Virus record (IMG/VR): IMGVR_UViG_3300030397_000353
Coordinates: 1-38,664 of that record
Reading direction: 5' to 3' (one strand)
Length of the DNA stretch: 38,664 nt
DNA from: a virus
Lineage: Duplodnaviria; Caudoviricetes
Shown here piece by piece: positions 8,055-15,005 of this stretch. Each line of letters opens with the position of its first letter. Within the stretch, counting starts at the first letter, position 1. Below the pieces are notes generated by a model, which worked only from the letters and a program-made list of their open reading frames with translations, was not told the origin of the DNA and searched no databases. The position numbers and the translations under genes were made by a program.

Positions 8055-9630
8055 TGTTGACTAACTCCTGTTGTGGGTGGTGCAAGGAACGCAGTTTCGC
8101 AAATGCTTCGACTGCATTTTTAGAAGAACCTGATTTTTCTTCTTCCTCTTTAACCTGTATACCTAATTCTTTAACTATTGGGTCGTTCTTCACGCTTTCG
8201 TTTACACGGCCCCTTGATTCTTCAGCGGGACGTTTAAATCCAAAGATTTTTGGATTCGACTTTTCAAACAAGTCTCGGTCACCGTCCGACATACGCTGTG
8301 TTCTTGAATCCCAGTGTAATGGTACCTTAGCTTTTGTCGCACCGGAGGAACGTGCTTTTGCAACGTGAGCCCACCACCGTTCATCCTCGTGGTCATCCTC
8401 TGAACGTTTACCAATGATAAGATTGTCACAGGTATTAATCTTCGGAGCACCACCGGCAACGCCAGACTGGCGTGGGTCTTTTTCATCCTGAGCGCCTTTG
8501 GTTTGTTGTGATGCCGACCAAAGAATTATGTTGTTTTCATGAGCCCAGTCATTCATTTCTTCGGAAACGAATTTATCTTTCATATGGATGTTGGATTTAT
8601 CAACCTTTTGATCAGGCTCCATAATATCGATGTAGTCGATTGCTACGCACGGAAAATTCAAACCGGTGTGCATGGTCAATTCCTGATAATGCGCAGCGAT
8701 GTCGGACATTGATGTTCCAATCATAGGAAACTTCACAACCCATAGGTCGCCATCAGTTTTGCCACGGGTATGCAAAGCATGACCGATAGTGTCCAAGTGA
8801 TTATAAACTTGGGCGATGTCCGTATTGGTCATCATTGCTGAGAAACGTTTGATGACGATTGCGGGCTCAAGTTCGAGCGTGTAAAAGATACAATTCCTTC
8901 CTTGCTCGACGTAGTTGACAATTTGGTTCTGTAGGTAAATGGATTTACCATCACCACTGGCCGCAGAAACGATGTTGAAGCTTGGCATAGTGAGACCGCC
9001 ACTAAAAGCGCGGTCCATATGAGAGAATCCGGTTGATTGGTTGTCTGATTCTTCCGCTCGGGTCAAAATAGGAACAGCCCCACCATGGATTTCGGTTCCC
9101 ATGTTTCGGATAAGGGACATGCGCTCGATGTTTGCAGCATCCTTCATGAGAGACGCAAGAGTTCCCCGGCTTCTGTCTGATGCGGTTACTTCAGAAGCAT
9201 GAACCAAAAAATCATGGAATGCAGTGGTACGGCAAAACTCCTCCACTTGATCACAGACGAAACTTTGACGTGATTCCTCTTTGGCATCATCACGGAAGGT
9301 TAGCTTAACTCCGGTAGCAGCATGGATTATGTCGGGATTCGGCATATCCTTATACTTCTTCAGGTGCTCCGTAATTTTATTAATCACCGGGCGATACTGA
9401 GGATCGAAATATTTCGCATCGATTAGGGGTGCGCATTTTACCCACAGTTCAGGGGCAGAGATCAAATACGAGAGTAGTAGTTGTTGGGTATAGTCGGACG
9501 GCTCAACAGTGTCGGTGTCCTGTTCAGCATCCATATCATCGAGGCTTGGAAGTTCGGAATCGGGACCATCAATGTCTTCGGTCTCTCCGAATGCTTCAGC
9601 AATTTCGTGATCTTCGAGTTCGCCTGTCAT
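8038..9630 (-). CDS. dnaB: Replicative DNA helicase (T4 gp41/DnaB family)
   Basis: Walker A AASGDGKS, YTLEL, Walker B VAIDYIDIM, WSASQ, KARS arginine finger. Confidence 0.9.
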   Translation of the reverse strand: MTGELEDHEIAEAFGETEDIDGPDSELPSLDDMDAEQDTDTVEPSDYTQQLLLSYLISAPELWVKCAPLIDAKYFDPQYRPVINKITEHLKKYKDMPNPDIIHAATGVKLTFRDDAKEESRQSFVCDQVEEFCRTTAFHDFLVHASEVTASDRSRGTLASLMKDAANIERMSLIRNMGTEIHGGAVPILTRAEESDNQSTGFSHMDRAFSGGLTMPSFNIVSAASGDGKSIYLQNQIVNYVEQGRNCIFYTLELEPAIVIKRFSAMMTNTDIAQVYNHLDTIGHALHTRGKTDGDLWVVKFPMIGTSMSDIAAHYQELTMHTGLNFPCVAIDYIDIMEPDQKVDKSNIHMKDKFVSEEMNDWAHENNIILWSASQQTKGAQDEKDPRQSGVAGGAPKINTCDNLIIGKRSEDDHEDERWWAHVAKARSSGATKAKVPLHWDSRTQRMSDGDRDLFEKSNPKIFGFKRPAEESRGRVNESVKNDPIVKELGIQVKEEEEKSGSSKNAVEAFAKLRSLHHPQQELVNNDETE

Positions 9631-10658
9631 ACGCTTTGTTGACCTAATATAGCCTTGGCTGACACGTAATGTCGCGTTGTTGCTTTCATCAAGATTTCAA
9701 TCGTAAACAAAAGACCATCCTTGACAATAGATTGACCTATGTCAGTTGTCTTTAGTTTGTCAGGATTCATTTGTCCAGTCCACTTTGGAACAGACACGAA
9801 CCATTTGTTTTCTTCTGCCTGACGAACGAACTCATTAGATTCTCCGATCTTACAGTCCGGCACCATGACAATATCCTTTCCGCATACCTTCAATAGATTT
9901 ATTTGTTTTTCTGTTAAACGATCATTTCTGGCAGCAACACAACCCAACAATGCTGCATCCATGGGGGATTCTACCACAAACAAATACCGACCACCATACG
10001 TTGATAGCTTATGTTGGTTGAAAAGATAATCCCCGGGCGCTCGTTGAATAAATCTCTTCGGACCACTTTCACGATAAATGTGTCTTCCCAGATATCCCAC
10101 GATTTTATCCTTGTAGTGGAAGTATGGCATGATCACGTAGTACGGATATTTTTCGGTCCAGTACAATGGGAAATTCTCCACGAAATTTCGACCCATTCGA
10201 GCGTGAGCATACTTCATTACCTTGCTCGCAGTTTTGCTTTGCATATAAACATCCAACAACAACTGCGATCCTTCAGGCAAAGAAACCTCCGGAAACTTGT
10301 AGACGACATCGAGGTCGTCCCCCCGTTCAACCATTTTGCCATCGGCTGAGAATTTAGAAGCATTCCATCGCATCCGTTCCGAGAGTGGAATCTTACGGGA
10401 ATCACCTCCGAGCAGTTCGAATAATTTAAGGGGACGCCCGCCGAAACCATTACCGGGTTCCCAACCTGTCGGCTGTGAGTTGAATTCGCATCCGCCGTTG
10501 AAGCAATAATAACGCCATCCCCCGGTGGGGGTAAAACTGGTGCCACCACGGAAACGCCGGTCACCGCAGGATGGACAACAAAAGTTGAGCCATCCCCCGG
10601 GACCGATTCGTCTGTTTGCCGGAATGACGAGGCGGAATTCTTCGAGGATGTCTGTCAT
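9627..10658 (-). CDS. DNA primase-like protein (gp61/DnaG-like, divergent)
   Basis: N-terminal Zn-binding CPSC...YYCFNGGC, VGYLGR, and TOPRIM-like VVESPMDA. Translationally coupled to the helicase. Confidence 0.75.
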   Translation of the reverse strand: MTDILEEFRLVIPANRRIGPGGWLNFCCPSCGDRRFRGGTSFTPTGGWRYYCFNGGCEFNSQPTGWEPGNGFGGRPLKLFELLGGDSRKIPLSERMRWNASKFSADGKMVERGDDLDVVYKFPEVSLPEGSQLLLDVYMQSKTASKVMKYAHARMGRNFVENFPLYWTEKYPYYVIMPYFHYKDKIVGYLGRHIYRESGPKRFIQRAPGDYLFNQHKLSTYGGRYLFVVESPMDAALLGCVAARNDRLTEKQINLLKVCGKDIVMVPDCKIGESNEFVRQAEENKWFVSVPKWTGQMNPDKLKTTDIGQSIVKDGLLFTIEILMKATTRHYVSAKAILGQQSV

Positions 10659-10664
10659 TCCCCG

Positions 10665-10693
10665 AATATAGGCTTCTATCCTAGAAAAATCAA
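10665..10693 (-). promoter_or_regulatory. Sigma70-like promoter, near-leaderless primase transcript
   Basis: TTGATT-17 nt-TATATT-6 nt-ATG. Confidence 0.6.
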
Positions 10694-10694
10694 T

Positions 10695-11195
10695 CTAGCG
10701 AAGGCGACTATCGTAAGTCCGACCGACTGTCAAATGATATCGATGATGCACTCGAAGACCAAGTTCATCACGAATATGATCGATCAACGGACACTCCACC
10801 TCGATGAACCAGAAATCACCATCCTTAGCATATCGGTTCTTTCGGTCGTCCATGGTCGTCTTGCGAGGATGATGGGCGTATGTGAATTCTACACTGACGC
10901 CATCGTACTTCTTCCACAAGTCGAGGTTCCGACGAGGAGTTTCACCACGAACGATGGATACATGAGCATCCCACGATGGCTGACACAACCAGTCGGGCTG
11001 AATGGCAGTCAAACCCCAAAGGCGACGTTCAATCAACCAGCGATAATATCGAGTGATTTCCTTGTCAACCTGAAGAATACACCAGTAATCGACGTTGCTA
11101 GCTCCGGACGCACGCTTCTTCTTCCGCATCCCCGGACGTGGAGGGTCGTACTTGATTCGACCCATAGCAGTGTGAGTGTAGGCATACTTTTCCAT
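10695..11195 (-). CDS. 2H phosphoesterase superfamily protein
   Basis: Two Hx(S/T) motifs (AHVSIVR, YHLTVGR) about 75 aa apart in a 166-aa protein. Confidence 0.7.
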   Translation of the reverse strand: MEKYAYTHTAMGRIKYDPPRPGMRKKKRASGASNVDYWCILQVDKEITRYYRWLIERRLWGLTAIQPDWLCQPSWDAHVSIVRGETPRRNLDLWKKYDGVSVEFTYAHHPRKTTMDDRKNRYAKDGDFWFIEVECPLIDHIRDELGLRVHHRYHLTVGRTYDSRLR

Positions 11196-11201
11196 AGTGG
11201 T

Positions 11202-11230
11202 ATTTTACCACCGTGGAAGCGTTTTGTCAA
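11202..11230 (-). promoter_or_regulatory. Strong sigma70-like promoter, leaderless
   Basis: TTGACA-17 nt (ending TGG, extended -10)-TAAAAT-6 nt-ATG, no SD. Confidence 0.85.
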
Positions 11231-11232
11231 AA

Positions 11233-11880
11233 TTACGGGGTAAGGACAGGATTGCGCGGGGTACCGGCAAAGTGGTTCAATGAGAGATTCCTTCCTTGAT
11301 CTGCTACCCGGGCTGGTGCGCTCAGACGTGTTCCGGGGATGACACCACCCGGACCAATAATTCCACCAGCCCCATTTGAAATTTCGAAGGAAACGAAATC
11401 ATCTGAGGCACGAAAGCCCAATCGATTACCGGGTTGAACACAAACAGCTTGTACTGACGTTGCGCCTAGTGTGGCATTCAGTTCGCCAACAACAGTTTGA
11501 CAATCTCCACCAGTTGCGGAAGTGCCAGCCGTGGTTACACCATTGATGATAATATCGACGGATGCTCCAGCAGGAAAAACGGGGTTTTTTACATTACCGA
11601 CAGCTTCGGTTATGGCAGCGGTATCGCTCCATGGATTGGAACCACCCGCTGAATGTCGGAAGAGTTTGCTAATTGACTCGTGAAGTAGCTTGGCTTCCTC
11701 ACGAGTCTGTAGCAGTTCCATATGAGAGCGAAGAAGTTCCAGTGTCGATAAAATTCGATTTTCTGAAACCTCGTCAGTTATTTCTGGATTGGCGGCGATG
11801 AAAGAAGCATATGGCTCCTCGGCATCTTCGCCGCCAGTCCATAACGTAGCGAGGATATCAGTGTCGTAATCATACGCCAT
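11233..11880 (-). CDS. Probable virion structural protein, paralog 2
   Basis: N-terminal ~75 aa highly similar to 11902..12633; GAGGA SD. Confidence 0.7.
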   Translation of the reverse strand: MAYDYDTDILATLWTGGEDAEEPYASFIAANPEITDEVSENRILSTLELLRSHMELLQTREEAKLLHESISKLFRHSAGGSNPWSDTAAITEAVGNVKNPVFPAGASVDIIINGVTTAGTSATGGDCQTVVGELNATLGATSVQAVCVQPGNRLGFRASDDFVSFEISNGAGGIIGPGGVIPGTRLSAPARVADQGRNLSLNHFAGTPRNPVLTP

Positions 11881-11901
11881 TGTATTTCCTCTTGCGCTAT
11901 C

Positions 11902-12633
11902 TTAGGTCAGAGCGGTTTCGCGGATTTGACCTTGAAATACACGCAGTGCGCGGTCACGAGCTTCGTTAGCAACGGCAGTAACCTTTGCAACGTAGAAACC
12001 ACCATTCAGGCCAGCTTCAGTAGCGCGTGCACCCGGCTCTTGGGTGACAATACCAGCAGTGGTAACAACGTTGTCGTTAGCACCTTCACCGCGAGTGATG
12101 ACAAAGCCATCAGCAGCAGTACCAGCAACAGGAGCCTGAGTGATACGCAGACGACCGTCTTGGGTGCGGGCTGCGGTAATACCAGCAGCAGTTACGGCAC
12201 CAGTGCCGTTGATGTCAGCAATGACGGTATCAAGATCGGTACCGGTTGCGGCAACAACTGCGATGGAAGCACCACCAGATACGCCGTCAAGAGCAGCAAA
12301 CTCGATTTCGTCACCGATAACGAAGGTTGGGTTTGGAACGTTACCTTCAACAACTGCGTTAACGTTGTCGGAAGTACCGCCGTAGATGAAACCACCGGAA
12401 CCAAAACCCTCAAGCATGGTAGATACGCAGAAGTGGAACAGACGAGCTTCGTCGCGGTCTGCAAGAACTGCCATGTGAGCACGGATTGCTTCAACGGTAG
12501 AAAGAATTCGGTTTTCAGAATCCTCGTCGGTCAGGGCAGGGTTGGCTGCAATAAACGCTGCATACGGCTCTGCGCCGTCTTCACCACCTGTCCACAGAGC
12601 CGCTAGGATATCTGTGTCGTAATCATAAGCCAT
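11902..12633 (-). CDS. Probable virion structural protein, paralog 1
   Basis: MAYDYDTDILAALWTGGED N-terminus shared with the neighbour; A/G/T-rich; late box upstream. Confidence 0.7.
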   Translation of the reverse strand: MAYDYDTDILAALWTGGEDGAEPYAAFIAANPALTDEDSENRILSTVEAIRAHMAVLADRDEARLFHFCVSTMLEGFGSGGFIYGGTSDNVNAVVEGNVPNPTFVIGDEIEFAALDGVSGGASIAVVAATGTDLDTVIADINGTGAVTAAGITAARTQDGRLRITQAPVAGTAADGFVITRGEGANDNVVTTAGIVTQEPGARATEAGLNGGFYVAKVTAVANEARDRALRVFQGQIRETALT

Positions 12634-12640
12634 TATTATA

Positions 12641-12699
12641 TTCCTCGTTTCAAGAAATGGGTTGTACTAGAGATAAGTATTTAGGCAACCCACGAGGAA
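12641..12699 (-). promoter_or_regulatory. SD-sequestering hairpin with late promoter in its loop
   Basis: mRNA sense TTCCTCG-TGGGTTG-[CCTAAATACTTATCTCTAGTA]-CAACCCA-TTTCTTGAAA-CGAGGAA: two perfect 7-bp stems, the outer one covering the SD. Confidence 0.8.
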
Positions 12700-12706
12700 C
12701 ACAGGG

Positions 12707-13528
12707 CTATTCTACCGGTAATGGGTTCTTTCTCGTCACAGTGGGGTCCAATTCTTCCGAGGATGAATTATCCAGTTCCGGTTTGGGCTCAGGTTTGAAT
12801 GGAATGCGCTCATTGAGATAAAAAAGGTGATTTCCAATTTGCACACTGAACTTGTAATGGGGTCTCCACCACGGGTCCACATAATCGGCATGGTATAACG
12901 TGGCACCACCGGTTTTATCCAGATGCGTCAAAATGTAAAACTTCGCATCAAGGTACTGGTCATAAGCCTCGCACTCGATTTCGTGCCACTGGACAACTTC
13001 TCCGTTTTCTTCGCGCTCGTTCCATTCATCATGTTGTTCCTTGATGTGGGGACAAAGAGAGTCTTTTTGCTTGGCACTAAGTGCGAAGTTGCGGGCAATC
13101 GTCCATGCCTCATCCCACTGTTCCTGTTCATTTTCGAAGGGTCTGTCGATGTGACCGTCCAACGTCCATGTGAACATGGGAATGTGTCGTTCAAAACGCC
13201 GTGACCAACGTTTCTCCCAAACTACGTCAGCAACGGTACCGGGCCATTCTGGGTCTTTGACGCGCCACATGGTAACTGCGGCAACAGCTAACATGCCTTC
13301 GGAATTTTGGTTCCGACCTTCCCAATAGATATTGCAAGCGAGTGATGCGAGGTCGTCATGCTTGTGGTCTTCACAATCGAAGTCCATCCGGACGGCGTGG
13401 GCGTCCATGGCGAAAAGGCCGAAGCCAATTAACAACAGAACTGCCCACGGTTTCATGCGAAGCAGTCCAAAGATAAACATCGTGCTAAATGCACCAATAA
13501 TCATTCTCATAATTCCTCTCCTTTCCAT
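12707..13528 (-). CDS. Cell wall hydrolase, SleB/Hydrolase_2 family, with hydrophobic N-terminus
   Basis: LACNIYWEGRNQ..EGMLAVAAVT..RV...WPGTVADVV, FTWT, GATLYHADYVDPWW, IGNHLFY. Confidence 0.88.
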   Translation of the reverse strand: MERRGIMRMIIGAFSTMFIFGLLRMKPWAVLLLIGFGLFAMDAHAVRMDFDCEDHKHDDLASLACNIYWEGRNQNSEGMLAVAAVTMWRVKDPEWPGTVADVVWEKRWSRRFERHIPMFTWTLDGHIDRPFENEQEQWDEAWTIARNFALSAKQKDSLCPHIKEQHDEWNEREENGEVVQWHEIECEAYDQYLDAKFYILTHLDKTGGATLYHADYVDPWWRPHYKFSVQIGNHLFYLNERIPFKPEPKPELDNSSSEELDPTVTRKNPLPVE

Positions 13529-14055
13529 ACGTAAAACCGGTTCGTGTTGAAGAATATTTTCATTACCGCCTTTTCGTCACCCGGTTGTGCGTTTTCTAAA
13601 CGATAATCTCCGTTTTTGTAAATGTAGGACCATGCCGTGATTTCGCCAACATCTCCACCTTCTTTGGCGTAGTTTGCTGTTACACGTTCCCGACGATAAA
13701 CATCCGGGTGGCCTTCAAACATATCCAGAAGCATTAGATTCTCGTTGTCTACCTCGTAAATTTCCCCGTTAACGATACCATGCGGGTCTCCCGGGACATT
13801 ACGCATAACAATCGGTGCTAAGTACCCACTGCTGGTACGACGTGCTTCCATTGTGAAATCGCCGTATAAATTAGCCTTCGATCCCCAGAGAGTAATTCCG
13901 TCATTCAGCATCCGGTGGTGATTCCGCATTCCAGTCATTAACGTTCCATACACGAATACGAGGTGCTTTTCACCGGAGTGAAGCACCGTTAGGTTGAGAT
14001 CACCAAATACTTCTTCGAAGTCGGTGTCGTCGTTAAATGTGTATAGCTCGCTCAT
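13507..14055 (-). CDS. Gamma-glutamylcyclotransferase (GGCT/AIG2-like)
   Basis: VFVYGTLMTG..NH, VNGEIYEV...LDMFEGHPDVYRR. Start reassigned to ATG 14055. Confidence 0.85.
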   Translation of the reverse strand: MSELYTFNDDTDFEEVFGDLNLTVLHSGEKHLVFVYGTLMTGMRNHHRMLNDGITLWGSKANLYGDFTMEARRTSSGYLAPIVMRNVPGDPHGIVNGEIYEVDNENLMLLDMFEGHPDVYRRERVTANYAKEGGDVGEITAWSYIYKNGDYRLENAQPGDEKAVMKIFFNTNRFYVWKGEEL

Positions 14056-14061
14056 CCCAAC

Positions 14062-14091
14062 AGAATAGCATAAATACCATGCATCTGTCAA
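14062..14091 (-). promoter_or_regulatory. Sigma70-like promoter, leaderless, for GGCT-SleB
   Basis: TTGACA-18 nt (ending TGC)-TATTCT-6 nt-ATG. Confidence 0.75.
14071..14076 (+). promoter_or_regulatory. Late-type TAAATA box heading the plus-strand tail fibre operon
   Basis: 25 nt upstream of ATG 14102, with AAGGA SD in between. Confidence 0.65.
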
Positions 14092-14101
14092 GGAATTTAA
14101 C

Positions 14102-14596
14102 ATGAGCAACAGAGTTATCTATAACGTCGAGTACGACATCCCGCGTGTTAACTTAACCCTGCCCGGTCGGCAAAACCGTTCCGGAGATGGTGTTATTCGT
14201 ATCACACCCGGAATGGATGAGTCTTTTGAGTTCATTTTCGGTAACCAAGACGGCGTCCCGGTTAACCTCGTACCATTCAAAGTCAAAATTGTTTTTTGGG
14301 TAAAGCAAGATATGGACATTGATGAACTGGTGCCCGGTCAAACCAAAATCATATTCGCCCGTGAGTTCGAAGTTCAGTCCCCATACAACGGACGTGTTTT
14401 TGGGCTATTGACTGCCGAAGATACACAGGCTATCGCACGCGAGCAGACCAGCTTGGTACGGTGGTCCATGTTTATGATCAATGAGGCTGGCAACGTTTTC
14501 CCGGCAGAAGTCAACCGTAATGGTACACGTGCTGGTACGGTTCGAATGGACTTTGCGTCAGGTATTCCTACAGCAGAGATGATTAAGTCCGCTTAA
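14102..14596 (+). CDS. Hypothetical protein, probable tail/baseplate-associated
   Basis: First gene of the fibre operon, beta-rich composition. Confidence 0.6.
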   Translation: MSNRVIYNVEYDIPRVNLTLPGRQNRSGDGVIRITPGMDESFEFIFGNQDGVPVNLVPFKVKIVFWVKQDMDIDELVPGQTKIIFAREFEVQSPYNGRVFGLLTAEDTQAIAREQTSLVRWSMFMINEAGNVFPAEVNRNGTRAGTVRMDFASGIPTAEMIKSA

Positions 14597-14599
14597 TGG

Positions 14600-14605
14600 T
14601 AAATA
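14600..14605 (+). promoter_or_regulatory. Late-type TAAATA box
   Basis: TAAATAACAAAA followed by GAGGA SD and ATG 14641. Confidence 0.65.
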
Positions 14606-14640
14606 ACAAAAACAATAATACTCGATAGAGGAAACGACAA

Positions 14641-15000
14641 ATGGTCGCACGCGCATACCCTGACCTCGGTGGTATCGGTGGTGTTCAAAACAATCCACCT
14701 GTAGCTTACTCCAACCGTGGTCTTGACCAAGACAGTGTTCAAACCTTCGTCTTCGAAGATGATCCTGCCGACCCATTCATCGGAACCATTCATCTTCAGG
14801 GATCGAATGACGCTCCACTAGGTACCACACCGGAAGGTGACCGAATCTGGGTAGATTTGGTTGCGATTACCCTCGATGGGGTTCCACCGCTCGGTAACTT
14901 TTTTGTCGAGACTGATGTTGAGATTTCTCAAGTGCGCTTAGTGTGCAAAACGGGGAATTACACAGGTGGTAAGCTCATTAGCTGCCGCAGCATGAGGTAA
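14641..15000 (+). CDS. Hypothetical protein, probable virion component
   Basis: SD-led 119-aa ORF before the tail fibre. Confidence 0.6.
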   Translation: MVARAYPDLGGIGGVQNNPPVAYSNRGLDQDSVQTFVFEDDPADPFIGTIHLQGSNDAPLGTTPEGDRIWVDLVAITLDGVPPLGNFFVETDVEISQVRLVCKTGNYTGGKLISCRSMR

Positions 15001-15005
15001 AGACA

